Shown here: positions 11,449 through 24,045 of the stretch, in pieces
How the letters are laid out: each line of letters opens with the position of its first letter
Position numbering within the stretch: the first letter of the stretch is position 1
Source: Mobula birostris
Lineage: Eukaryota
DNA: 64,000 bases
Direction of reading: 5' to 3'
Assembly: GCF_030028105.1 (NCBI RefSeq)
Contig: NC_092378.1
Span: 71,885,672-71,949,671 of the forward strand
Position numbers and translations under genes: made by a program
Notes under the pieces: generated by a model
What the model saw: the letters and a program-made list of their open reading frames with translations, nothing else
Told to the model about the DNA's origin: nothing
Database searches by the model: none

Positions 11449-13243
11449 CAGAATCAGAATCAGAATCAGAATCAGGTTTATTATGTGTCATGAAATTTGT
11501 TAACTTAGCAGCAGTTCATTGCAATACATGATGTAGAAGAAGAAGAAGAAGCAGAAAAAATAATAATAATAAACAAATAAGTAATCAATTACCATGTGCA
11601 TATATTGAATAGGTTAAAAATCGTGCAAAAAAAACCCAGAAATAATATATTATGGCGAGCACTTTGTCCATAATGACAGATGAGGAAGCTCTATAACTCA
11701 ACAACCATTTTATTGCTATAGACACAAAACAGACCGGGCACCCTGACCCGGAGAGTGAACCCAATCAGTCTCACACAGACAGGGAAGGTGACCATCATAC
11801 ACCCCAGTTACAATCAGGGTGACCCACAAACACACAGGCGAATAACTGTATAACCCAAGCTAAAGTGTAACAGTAAATGAACTGGAACTTCCCACCATAA
11901 TCCCACAAAAGCATTTTAACACAAGAACAATAAACAGTACTGGTCATTAGAAATGCAGGGGTGGGCTGTAGACCATGCTCCCACCCAGAACATCACAATA
12001 TATTAAAAAAGTGAGGTAGTGCTCAAGGATTAAATGTCCATTTAGGAATCGGATGACAGAGGGAAAGAAGCTGTTCCTGAATCGCTGGGTGTGTGTCTTC
12101 AGGCTTCTGTACCTCCTGCCTGATGGTAACAGTGAGAAAAGGGCATGCCCTGGGTGCTGGAGGTACTTAATAAAAGACACTTCCTTTCTGAGTCACCGCT
12201 CCTTGAAGATATCCTGGGTACTTTCTAGGCTAGTGCCCAAGGTGGAGCCCACTAAATTTACAACCTTCTGCGTCTTCTTCCAGTCCTGTGCAGTAGACCA
12301 CCCGCACCCCCCACCCCCCCACTACCAGACAGTGATGCAGCCTGTCAGAATGCTCTCCACGGTACATCTATAGAAGTTTTTGAGTGTATTTGTTGACATA
12401 CCAAATCTCTCCAAATTCCTAATGAAGTATAGCCGCTGTCTTGTCTTCTTTATAACTACATCGATATATCGGGACCAGGTTAGGTCCTCAGAGATCTTGA
12501 CACCCAGCAACTTGAAACTGCTCACTCTCTCCACTTCTGATCCCTCTATGATGATTGGTGTGTGTTCCTTCATCTTACTCTTCCTGAAGTCCACAATCAG
12601 CTCTTTCAGCTTACTGACATTGAGTGCCAGGTTGTTGCTATGGCACCTCTCCACTAGTTGGCATTCCTCATTCCTGTACGCCCTCTCGTCACTACCAGAG
12701 TTTCTATCAGCAACGGTTGTATCATTAGCAAATTTATAAATTGTATTTGAGCTATGCCTAGCCACACAGTCATGGGTATAGAGAGAGTAGAGCATTGGGC
12801 TAAGCACACACCCCTGAGGGGCACCAGTATTGATTGTCAGAGAGGAGAAGATGTTATCAGCAATCCGCACGGACTGTAGTCTTCCGGTTAGGAAGTCAAG
12901 GATCCAGTTGCCTAGATTCTGTAACTTCTCAATCAGGATTGTGGGAATGATGGTATTAAATGCTGAGCTATAGTCGATGGACAGCATCCTGACGTAGGTG
13001 TTTGTGTTGTTCAGGTGGTCTAAAGCCGCATGGAGAGCCACTGAGATTACATCTGCCATTGACTGATCGAGGCGACAGGCAAATTGCAGTGGGTCCAGGT
13101 GCTTGCTGAGGCAGGAGTTCAGTCTAGTCATGACCAACCTCTCAAAGCATTTCATCACTGCCGATGTGAGCGCCTCCGGGCGATAGTCATTAAGTCAACT
13201 GACATTTTTCTTCTTAGGGATTGATAGTATTCTTGCCTTTTTG
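11449..13243 (-). mobile_element. 5'-truncated Rex1/Babar LINE
   Basis: ORF 12322-13158 ([27 protein letters not shown]), C-terminus LLPSGRRYRSL...SFFPS, (TGATTC)n tail at 11449-11475. Confidence 0.9.
11651..11997. mobile_element. Solo LTR (probably Gypsy) in the LINE 3'UTR
   Basis: Termini TATGG(TGTGG mutated)...TCACA, flanked by ATAT; removing it restores the LINE 3'UTR seen at 41740-41770. Confidence 0.65.
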
Positions 13244-15297
13244 ACTAAATCATGGTTAAATCGTAAATCAGCTCTGTGGGATTGAATTCAACCAAAGGAT
13301 GCATGGCTCAACAAGGTGGCTCCCCATCATCCTCTGGTGGGAATTTAGGGATGGGAAGTGCATGGTCACCATGCTAACTACGCGAGGCAGTTTCAAAATG
13401 AGGCAGAGACCATTGCACCTCTAATGAAAAAATTTGTGAATGTGGGATCATTCAGTGATTTGGGGCATCTTTAACAAAGAGCTGGCATTCTAATGATGGA
13501 TTGAATGGGCTCATTCTCTTCATTTTCCCTCTGTAGCTTTAAGAACTGCCCATACCAGAACTATATGATATTTTGCACATTTATCACAGAAACATCATTT
13601 TGCCTGCCCAAAATGGAACGTCAATTTACTATCATTTGGTGTTGAATTTAGGGCAATGATGCCCTGAGGGTATGTCCTGTACAAACTGGATTGAAATTGT
13701 CCAAACTCACCTTACCTTCGGCATGTATAGTCAGGAAATAAAGGAGCATTTTATGCTATATTGATGAACTGGATTTGAACTCAGTTCCCAAGGGTGAAAG
13801 ATGAGTGCTGTCTAATGGCATTGCGTTCTTTCTAATGGCAAATCTCACTTCCTCACTAAAAGCAAAGAGAAACTTTTGGTTTAGTTTAGGAGCCCAACAT
13901 TATATTTGAAATTCAAAAGCTTAGGTCGATGCACTATTGTGAGTTCTTTCATTTACACATTCATTCTTCAGCGCATCTCTTCGACATTGCAACAAAACTG
14001 TTTATATTTCTCCATTCCTATTTCTGTAAGTAACCGATGTTGAACCGTGTTGATTGTGTCATCCAACTGATTTAAAAGCAATGTGAAACCTCTTTTCTTA
14101 TTGCTAAAAAGATGAAGAAAACATATATTGGGAATAGAAATCTGCATTGTACGCTAATCATCGCATGCAAATCTTAAACCAATACAACCTGATGTCAACC
14201 ACGAGAAACGCTTTGCTACACTGCGTCATTAATTAATTTGGCTCATTAAATAGTTCAAGGAAGATCAAAGATTTTAATAGCTGTCAGTTTCTGCTCCCTG
14301 CTTCTGCATGTATTTATAGCATAGGTGACAGAACAGCCAGAATTTGATTGGCTTTCCCACATTTTCTGTTTGTATTGGTGATCGGAGTTTGCTTGAGGCA
14401 TACAAAGACAGCAACAGATATTGGGGTCAGGAAGGGCTTGGTTATATTAATTTAATTTGCTTTGGTGGCTAATTCCTCTTCGGAAAGGTATTCATACATG
14501 GACTGCCTTCCCCCACCCCCACCCCTTCCCCACCATCACTACTCTCCACGAATTACTCCCGGCTTTTTGTCCTGTTTACAATGCAACACTGATCCTTACC
14601 TTCCTGCAGGGAGGCAAGAAAAATCTGAAGCAAAACTTGTAAAATCAAGAAGTCTGATCAGCATCACCTCTGAAAAATACTCCAAAATCATTGTCACCTT
14701 CTCTCTCTCAAGACAACATGGAGTACCGATAGCAAGTAACCACCTTTTCCTGGGAGGGGCCTAGCATCTTTATGCCTGATTTCAGGCTCCAGAAATGCCA
14801 GAGCCAGATTTATTATCACTGATGTATGAGATAAAATTTGTTTAGTTTTGTAGCAGAACAGCGCAAGGACATAAAAATCGATAAATTACAAAGGGCTCAA
14901 GAAAAAGAAATAATGTGGAACAAAACTAAATTATGTCGCGTCCTGCACTCTAAATTCCACACCGTATGCAATTTCCAGAGGACAGAAAAAGCACTTCAAG
15001 GGTGTTCTTAATAAAGAGCAGAATCAACACGAACACAAAACTGCTCAGTCTGAAGGAGAGGCTTTCAGGAAGGTGCTGAGCATCTGGAGATCCTCCAACA
15101 AGAGGTTGTGGAAACAGCAGAAGTTACTCAAAGAGTTCAAAGCACGCCTCCAGCCATACTGTCAATCACCATCTTCAGCTGAGACTGCAGCTCATGCACG
15201 AGCTTCTTCAGCCATTCAAATACTCAAATAGAAGCAACGGTGAGGTGCCAGAGGGTGTCTCTTCACAGGCATGTATAAATATTAAGGCAAATTGAAG

Positions 15298-15595
15298 GGC
15301 ACTTTAGCAGTATAGCAGTTATCGCAGTAATATTACAGATTGGGATACTCCGGGGTTCAGAGTTCAATCCCAGCACCCTCTGTAAGGAGTCTCTGTACAT
15401 CCTCCCTGTGGAATACATGGGTTTTCCCCGGGTGCTCCAGTTTCCTCCCACAGTCCAAAGATGTACTGGATAAGTTAATTGTTCATTGTAAATTGTCCCA
15501 TAATTAGGTTAGGGTTAAGTTGTGTTTGTCAAGGGTTGCTGAGGTGACATGGCTCAGAAGAGTCTACTCTGTACTGTATTGGTAAAATAAAATGA
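15298..15595 (+). mobile_element. tRNA-derived SINE
   Basis: GAGTTCAATCC B-box, gtgctccagtttcctcccacagtccaaaga body, A-rich end. Confidence 0.7.
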
Positions 15596-15599
15596 ATTG

Positions 15600-16110
15600 G
15601 TCAATTGTTTTTTCAATGCTGCGTGTTCCAAGACAAGATGGTAAAATTTATTTTACGTGCCATCCAGACAGATCATTTCAATACACTGAGGAAGTACAAG
15701 GGAAACAATAGCAGAATGCAGAGTACAGTGTTACAGTCACAGAGAAAGTGCAGAGCAGGCAGACAGTAAACTACAGGGTGATAATGTTGATCGTGAGGTC
15801 AAGTGTCCATCTTACTGTAACATTGTAAAAGGCCTTACAACAGTAGGATGGAGGCTTTCCTTGAGCCTAGTGGCATGGGCAGTCTGGCTTTTGTATCTTC
15901 TGCCCAATTCAGGGAGGTGAGGAGGAGGGAGAATGTCCGGGAAAGGTGGAGTATTTGATTACGTTTTATTGATTCAGCAAGAAGTGTAGAGAGAGTCCAT
16001 GGAGGGCAAACTAGTTGTCATGATGTACTGAGCTGTGTCCACAGCTCTCTGCAGTTTCTCGTGGTCTTGTACAGATCAATTGCCATACCATTCTCTGGCG
16101 CATCACCATA
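15600..16110 (-). mobile_element. Degraded Rex-type LINE 3' part
   Basis: Similar to 3' ORF/UTR of other Rex copies (minus strand WYGN...LQR motif near 16040-16095). Confidence 0.5.
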
Positions 16111-16175
16111 AGAAAAGAATCAATAAAAAGACGCCTTGAACCTTCAGTGGTTTTTAGATGCAGTTAATCAGATTC

Positions 16176-16930
16176 CATAAGACATAGGAGCAGAATTAGG
16201 CCGTTTGGTTCATCGAGTCCGCTCCACCTTTCAATCATGAACGATTTTTATTTCTGCAATCCCATTCTCCCCCCCTTTTCTCATAGCCATTACCAGTCAA
16301 GAACCTATCAAAGTACACCCAATAATTTGGGCTGTACGGTCCTCTGTGTCAACAAATTCTATAGCTTCACTACCATCTGATTGAAAAATATCCTGCCCAT
16401 TTCAGTTTTAAAGACATGCCCTTTAAATGGATTCTGTATCCTCAGATCCTAGATACTCTGACTCATGAAGGTACAGTATCCTCCCTGTATCTACTCTATC
16501 CAGACTTTTCAAGATCCGATAGGTTTTAATGAGAACTTCCATTTTTATCCTGGACTTTCCTTCTTTCTTTGAACGGTTTCTATGTTTCTTTGTTCCGTGG
16601 TTGTCTGTGAAGAAGAGAAATCTCAGGGTTGTACATGGTGACATATATGTACTTTAATAATAAATTTACTTTGAGCTTTTCAACTTCGAAATTTGAACTT
16701 TATCAAGTACCGTCCCATAGTTATCGAACACTCCTTAGGAAACAGCTTTCACTCCAGGATCATTCTTGTGAACATCCTCCTGACTCTCTCACGAGCCAAC
16801 ATATCTTTTCTCAGAAATGGGACTCAAAATTGCTCGCAGTATTCCAAATATGGTCTGAGCAATGCCTTATAAAGCCTCAGCAGTACATCTTTGCTTTTGT
16901 ATTCTAAATCTCTCAAAATAAATGCTAACT
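16176..16930 (-). mobile_element. CR1 LINE 3' end, interrupted by a LINE-tail fragment (~16560-16700)
   Basis: cataagacataggagcagaattaggcc terminus shared with 39660 copy; minus-strand LYKA..RPYLEYC..FW motif. Confidence 0.75.
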
Positions 16931-17045
16931 GAGATTGCTAAAGTTGAGAGAATTTAGGGAGAGCTTGGCAGAAACTAGGTTATCAGGATTTCATGGTGTG
17001 CTTCAGAAATCTACTACCTCACAGCCTTCTAGCATAAACATGATC

Positions 17046-17859
17046 AATCTTTGCTCAATCAGCTCATTTTTAAATGTCTTTTATTGAGGTTTGGACTGGC
17101 TGTCAGGCTTCATGCCTCAGTACAGAGTGTTTTCATCTGGTGAAAGCACAATTCCCTTTGTGCCAGCCCCCTATTGGGCAACTGATCATAAAGACAATTT
17201 CAAATTGGGTACCATGGTAGCGTAGCAGTTAATTCAATTGCTTTATATCACCAGCATCCACCGTTCGGGGTTCAACTCCCACTGCCATCTGTAAGGACTT
17301 TATGTGTTCTCCCTATGACTGGCTGAGTTTCTTTCAGGTGTCTCAGTTTCCTATCACTTTCCAAAGACATGCAGTTAGGGTTAGTGAGTTGTGAGTACGC
17401 TGTTTTGGTGCCAGAAGCTGCCCCAAGCACAATCCTCGGACTATGTTGATCTTCGATGTAAACAATGATTTTCACTGAATGTTCCATTGTACAAATGTTT
17501 AACAAAAGGGAATCTATCAATCCATAATCTCTCATTGTCTTACAGGGTATCTATTCAAATTGTATCTTTTCCCAGTTATATTGAAGAGGTTTTAAACATC
17601 AGTTTGAAGACCCTGCAGTTTCACCTGACACAGTCATTTCCCTTCATGGTTATTTGGTTGATTGATGAGAAGCACAATTCCTCCAGCTCCAGCTAGCTTG
17701 TGGACTCAGCTGCAAAGAACTCCATCTACCTGAACTATAGCTTCACCAGCCAAAATCCACGCTCAGCAGGACTTTAGAACCTGATTATGGCACACAGCCT
17801 GTCAGCCAGTCCAAACCTCAATAAAGGACATTTAAAATTGAGCTGAGTGGGCAAAGATT
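17046..17859. repeat. Long inverted repeat (arms ~17046-17109 and ~17796-17859), possible old DNA transposon
   Basis: aatctttgctcaatcagctcatttttaaatgtctttttattgaggtttggactggctgtcaggct is nearly the reverse complement of 17796-17859. Confidence 0.8.
17207..17515 (+). mobile_element. tRNA-derived SINE
   Basis: ggtagcgtagcagtt A-box-like, GGGTTCAACTCC B-box, shared body. Confidence 0.7.
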
Positions 17860-18024
17860 TGTGATTTGTAGGGCTTCGGACCAGGAGCTGGGAATTGGAA
17901 TTAACTTGAAGTTCATTAGAACAAGATTTCTGATATTTCTTTTTCCTTTTGACTTACTTCAAGGCTATTACAAAACAGAAGCTGCAGTTAATAAACCCCA
18001 TTCTCTATAGCAATATAGCAGTAT

Positions 18025-18790
18025 ATAGAACATAGAAGACAGAACATAGAACAAGGGACATTGAACACAGAACATAGCACATAGAACACAGAAGACAGCA
18101 CAGGACAGGCCCTGGCTCATGGGATTGTGCCAAATCATACACACCTAACTAAATTGATCCATTCTGCCTATATACTATTCCTCTATTCTCTGCAGATTCA
18201 CTTCCTATCTGAGAGCTGTTTTTAATGCTTCTATTGTGTTTGCATCCAGTATCATCCTTGGCAATGCATTCCTAGCACTCACTACTCTCTGTGTAAAATA
18301 CTTGTCCTGCACATCACCTTTGAACTTACCCCTCTCAGTTTAAAAGCACTCCCATCAGTATTAAACATTTTAACCCTGGGCCATCAATGCAGACTGTCTA
18401 TTGTATTTGTGCTTCTCTTAATTTTGTATACTTCTATCAGGTCTCCCCTCAGCCACTCTAGAGATAAGTTTGTCTTATATCAAATGCCCTCTAATCCAGG
18501 AAGCAACTTGGAAAAACTCTTCTGCGTCCTCTTCAAGCCTCCACATCCTTCCTAAATTAGAGGAACAAGAATTGAATGTAATACTCCAGATGTGGTCTAA
18601 CAAAAGTTTTATAAAGATGCAACACAACTTCCTGACTCTCAAATTCAATGCCTCATCTAATGTCGGCAAGCATGTTACACATCTTCTTTATCACCCTATC
18701 AACATGTGCAGACACATTCAGGCCGCTATGGAAGAGAACCCTAAGATCCCCTTATTCATCAACACCGCTAAGGGTCTAGCCAGTAACTTT
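18025..18790 (-). mobile_element. Old CR1 LINE 3' end
   Basis: Degenerate (CATAGAA)n tail; minus-strand LDHIWSIT corresponds to a frameshifted RPHLEYC segment. Confidence 0.7.
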
Positions 18791-18859
18791 ATCATTAATG
18801 ACCAACAAAGAGATGAATGGCTCCACCTACATTATCAATTTTTTAAAGATTCTTTGTGA

Positions 18860-19487
18860 CTCAATCTCCTTAGAAGTTTGCAAAGATTGGGAATGACGTC
18901 TAAAATTTTGACAAAGTTCTTTGGTGTGTGGTGGAGAGTATATTGACTGGTTGCTTCACAGCCTGGTATGGAAACACCAATGCCTTGAACAGAAAATCCA
19001 ACAGCCCAGTCCATCATAGGTAAGACTTTCTCTACCACTGAGCACTGTCACAGGAAAACAGCATCCATCATTCGGGAACCTCGCCACCCAGAACATGCTC
19101 TCTTCTCACTGCTGCCATCAGGAAGAAGGTACAGAAGCCTCAGGAACCACTCCACCAGGTTCAGGAACAGTCATTACCCTTCAACCAACAGGCTCTTGAA
19201 GCAAATTCATCACTGAATTGTGATGAATGAAACTATGGGCTCACTCTCAAGGACTCTTCATCTCTTGTTCTCAATATTTATTGCTTATTTATTATTACTA
19301 TTTCTTTTTTTTTCTTTTGTATTTGATGTCTTTGCACATTGGTTGTTTGTCCATCCTATTGGGAGTGGTATCTCATTGATTCTATTATGCTTCCTGGATT
19401 TGCTGTGTTTTCCCGCAAACAAATAACTCCCAGGGTTGTATATTGGACACATATACTTTGATAATAAATTTACTTTGAACTTTGAAC
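18860..19487 (+). mobile_element. Rex-type LINE 3' part
   Basis: LFSLLPSGRRYRSL...FRNS; ends aataaatttactttgaactttgaa. Confidence 0.75.
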
Positions 19488-20249
19488 ATTGTCCTGCATT
19501 TCCATTAGTGTTTTTCAGTCAAAGGAGAAGTTTTGAAATACAGTTACTGCAGTGATGAAAGAAACAAAACAGTTGATTTTCATACAGCAAGCTGCCGTAA
19601 ATAGCAAAGTCATAAAGTTCAGATAATCTGTTATTTTCTTTAGTGAAGTTCATGGAAGGATAAATATTGACCAGGACCTCAAGAATAACCCCTGCTCAGT
19701 AAGGAGCAGGCAACCATTATAAGCTTCCTCATAGTTGGTGTCTAATTGTTCTGCTTAAGACCTGTAACACCTTTCCCCAAGTATGACAGTAACAGTCTCA
19801 AAGTTTCCTTTGGGTGAGAATGATGCAGTCAGTTAAGGGGAAATGTTGGAACACTCGCAATTTCTGACAATGGGTCTGATAAATAAAAGTCTACTTTATA
19901 TTTCAGACAGCGAGCCAATTAGTTTATACCTCTGAGACAGTCACATCATTTCCCTTTCTACCTGTTCTACGTTCAGGCTTTTTATTGAGTTAGTCAAAAA
20001 TATTTCCCTTTCCACATCCGTACTCCTAAAACACATAACACTTTCCCAAAGGCTTTAATAAATGTTATCAGAATAACAAATGGAGTTAAAGAAAAATACA
20101 CAATGAAAATAGAAGGGACCTATTGATCGTCCTCAAATGTAATTGTTCCACCATAAGTCAGCTGACTATTCTCTCTCTAAATCTTTCCAATGCTCTATCT
20201 GTTTCTTTACTTTTAACGTGCATCTTTAAACCTATTGCTTAGTGCAAGA

Positions 20250-20817
20250 ACAGAAAAGCTGGCAAACTGATGGATAAAGCCCAGTTCGTCACAGGAAATA
20301 TCCTCCCCACCATTAAACGCATTTACAAAGAACTCTGAATGAAGAAAGCAGCATCCGTCATCAAGGACCCCCCCACCCCCCCACAAAACCCGTTCCAGAC
20401 CATACTCTCTTCTCACTGCTACAATTGGGAAGAGGTACAGCAGTCTTAGGTCTCACACCACTAGGTCCAGGAGCGGTTATTACTCTGCGACCATCAGGCT
20501 CCTGAGCCAGAGAGAATAATTCCACTCACCTCAACACTGAGCTGATCACTTAATACAATCTGTCGACTCACTTCCAACTCCTGTTCTCAATATTATTTAT
20601 TTACAATTTATTAAATATGATTATTCATTTTTATGTGTTTGTATGTTTTTTTTTTCTTTTGCACATTAGCTGCTTGCCAGTCATTGTATGTAGATTTTCA
20701 TGATTCTATTATATTTCTTTGTTCCACTGTAAATGCCCACATGAAAATAAATTTCAAGGTCGTATTTGGTGGAATACATGTTACATGATATAAAAAAAAC
20801 TTTGAACTTTCAACTTT
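20250..20817 (+). mobile_element. Rex-type LINE 3' part
   Basis: KAASVIKDP...LFSLL..G.RY; (CTTTGAA)n-like tail. Confidence 0.7.
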
Positions 20818-21777
20818 AATCTCTTTGGTTGAGATTTTTGTTCACTTTTTTGGGGGGCCCTTATCAAATTTTGCTCTATAAAATGTCTGTGATTATTTTG
20901 TTTGGTACTTCACAACATTTAAGGTAATATATGCAACACATTAATGTTGCTTTGGTGTTTGTTTTGACCCTGATGCTTCCCTTCGGTGTGTCAGTTTCAG
21001 AAAAAAGTAAAAGTTATTTCTGGACTTAGACTCATGGTTAAAATAGTCATTGGCCTGCAGTCTATCTGATATATCCACAGAGTGGCCTTGTCAGCCTCTG
21101 TAAGTTAAAACACGGTTCAAATCTACTCCTCTGTTAACAAAAGTTAGACAAAGCTTTAATATTGAAAGCTACTGTGCCAAGCTCTCCAAGTTATTCTGGG
21201 CAACAATTAAAATTTGTAGGTTGGTTGCAGAGAACCTTGGCCTCTTTGAAGTATTCCAATCATTTTAAATCATTTCTATTTCTCTGCTCCAGTGCCCTGT
21301 TAGTTGGTTTATTTTTGTCAGTACGTGCAAACACCCCCGTTGATATTTCGGCAAAGGTGCAGTTTATCAGCACCTCTCCATCCCTTTTATTAAGTAAACC
21401 AGCTGAGATTTCAATCTTTTCTTACTTCAGTCTTCCTGTATTCAACTAAAATAAAATCAACAGTGTGAACAGCTCTGACACCTGTACCACAACCAGATGA
21501 GCTTTTATTTATTGATCCTGCTTGATTTCCTTCAATGAATCAATATTATCGGGACCTCTGTTGCTTGCGGTCAGAGAAGATGTCTGTAAAGCTGTACTGT
21601 TAGTGAGCAATACAGTGAAGATTAGGTCTTTCCAGCCCTTAGATTCACGATGCCCATCAATCGCTGATTTAAACCTAGCTTAATCATGGGATAATGACCC
21701 ATTAGTTTACCAGCTGCTGTGTTTTTGGACTATGGGAGGAAACTAGAGGACCCAGAAGAATTCCACACATCCTTGTT

Positions 21778-22292
21778 GCTGATAAAGTGGCCACTGAGTG
21801 TATGTTTGTGGTCTTCTGCTGCTGTAGCCCGGCCACTTCAAACTCTGATGTGTGTTGAGAGATGCTCTTCTGCCCACCACTGATGAAATGCTTGGTTATT
21901 TGACTTACTGTCACCTTCCTGTGTCTGCTTGAACCGGTTTAGCCATTCTCCCTCTGACTTCTCTCATTAACAAGGCATTTTCTCCCACAGAACCACCACT
22001 CACTGGATTTTTTTTTGTTTTTCATACCATTCTCTGTAAATTCTAGAGACTGTTGTGTGTTTAAATCCTGAAGATCAGCAGTTTCTGAGATGCTCAAACC
22101 ACCCGTCTGGTACCAACAATCATTCCATGGTCATAGCCACCTTTTTCTCTATTCTGATGTTTGGTCTGAACAACAACAATTGAACCTCTGACCATGTCTG
22201 TATGCTTTTATGCATTGAGTTGTTGCCATATGATTGGCTGATTAGATATTTATATTAATGAGCAGGTGTACCTAATAAAGTGGCCACTGAGC
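21778..22292 (-). mobile_element. Tc1-like transposon deletion derivative
   Basis: TIR (C)TCAGTGGCCACTTTATTAGGTACA; antiparallel homologue of 34057-34599. Confidence 0.8.
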
Positions 22293-22794
22293 ATAATCAT
22301 GTCTTTTCTGCTCACAGGTGTTGAGGGCATTGCTTCTCTGCTATTTTCTTTTACATCTTTGTTATGTCTGCTTATATGGGATACAAAATCCCTCACGCTA
22401 ATTCACAGCAGAGAGAAGAGGATCACGGAATATTCTGATCAAAATTTATCTCCCTCTGTAACTGATTAGTTGGTCAGATTTCGTATTTATTTGTGGAGGC
22501 AGTGCTGCATGTGTTTGGCTACTTTATGCCAGTGCCCATCGCAGAGGGTAAAGTGTTAGTGATGCCCAGAACCAGTGAAAACTGCTCAAAAAACATATTT
22601 CTCTCTCTCCCTCCTTTTTCTTTCTTTCCACTCTTTCTTCCTTCCCCTTTCTGCTTCTTCCAATTTTTCCTTCTTCTCTTTCTTTCTCTGTTTTTATTCC
22701 ATTGCAGGACATGCTGTTCTATTCTACACATTTTTGCTTGCTCACTAAACTGTCCCTTTAATGCTTAACAGGTTGACTTCACAAGAATGATTCT

Positions 22795-22997
22795 GTGAAT
22801 TTCATGAGAATAATTCTGAAAATAAAAGGTTTAATGAATGAGGAACATTTGACGGTCCTGGGTCTGTACTTGGAGTTTAGAAGAATGAGAGGGGAATGGA
22901 GTTGAGATGAATAATAAATCAGCCATGATGGAAAGGCAGAGCAGACTCGATGGGCTGAATGACCTAATTGCACTCTTATGTCATATGGTCTTATGAA
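22795..22997 (+). mobile_element. CR1 3' fragment, internally deleted
   Basis: LGLYLEFRRMRG followed by gactcgatgggctgaatg...ttatggtcttatg terminus. Confidence 0.7.
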
Positions 22998-23247
22998 CTT
23001 GGGCTCTACCAGTCTGAGTGCAAGAACCAACTGAATGGCCACTTGTGCTTTGCAATTTAGCTCACTGGCAATTATCTCCAAAGTTGAAAGTAAGTTTATT
23101 ATCAACCTACATATATTTTACCATATGCCATCTTGAGATTTATTTCCTTGCAGGCACTTACAGGAAAAAAGAAATGCAGTTGAATTTTATGAAAAATTAT
23201 ACACAAAGACTGACAAACAATCAACGTGCAAAAGAAGACAAAGACCA

Positions 23248-23510
23248 CAGGTGTCATGGTAGCATAGTGGTTAGCCAAGTATGCACTTCAATTCTGGCGT
23301 CCTCTGTAAGAAAGACTGAACACTCTTCAAGCACTCTCGGTGTTCTAGTTTCTTCCCACAGTCCAAAGACATACCGGTTAATAAGTTAATTGGACATTGT
23401 AAATAGTCTTGAGATTAGGCTAGGGTTAAATATGTGGGTTGCTGGGTTGCATAGCCTGGTGACCCAAAAGGTCCTGTTCTGCAGTGTAGCTCTAAATAAA
23501 ATTGATAAAT
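23248..23510 (+). mobile_element. tRNA-derived SINE inserted in a minus-strand LINE tail (~23080-23590)
   Basis: ggtagcatagtggttagc head, tcccacagtccaaagac body, A-rich end. Confidence 0.6.
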
Positions 23511-23599
23511 AAATAAAAAGAACTGCAGATAAAAATAATACTAAGATCATGAGAGTTTAAAGAATCCTTGAAAGTGAGTTTGTGGGTCATTGAATTAGG

Positions 23600-24045
23600 T
23601 GTTTACCTGTAATGGATAGGACAGTATCCACCAATCTGTAGTCTTTTCCTTTCCTGGGCATTGGTGTCTCCACATCAGACCATGATGCAAACACTCTGCT
23701 CTGTGCCTCTCCTATGTAAACTTATAAGAAGGTAGAGGCATTGGTGTGCCTTCTTTATGATGACACTTCTCTGCTGGTCCCAGGGCAGATCCTTTGATGT
23801 TAACACCAAGTTACTAACCCTCTACCTCCATTCCCCTAATGAGCACTGGCTGATGGACCTCCAGCTTCTTCCTTCAGTCGTTGATTATCAGCTCGTTGCT
23901 TTTGCTGACACTGAGTGAAAGGCTGTTGTTGTGGTACCACTCAACCAGATTTTCAATTTCCCTCCTATCTGCCGATTTGCCGCCACTTTGGTTTTGGCCA
24001 ACAGCACTGCTGATAGCAAAGTTTAATATGGGAATGGAGCTGTAC
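23600..24045 (-). mobile_element. Degraded Rex-type RT fragment
   Basis: ORF 23874-24077 RREIENLVEWYHNNSLSLSVSK matches Rex RT C-terminal part. Confidence 0.7.

Noticed and set aside
15040-15260. Coding-looking stretch (…FRKVLSIWRSSNKRLWKQQKLLKEFKARLQPY…)
   Set aside because: No start codon, convincing splice sites or recognised homology
22590-22700. Long polypyrimidine tract giving Lys/Arg/Glu-rich or Phe/Leu-rich ORFs
   Set aside because: Low-complexity sequence with no supportable function
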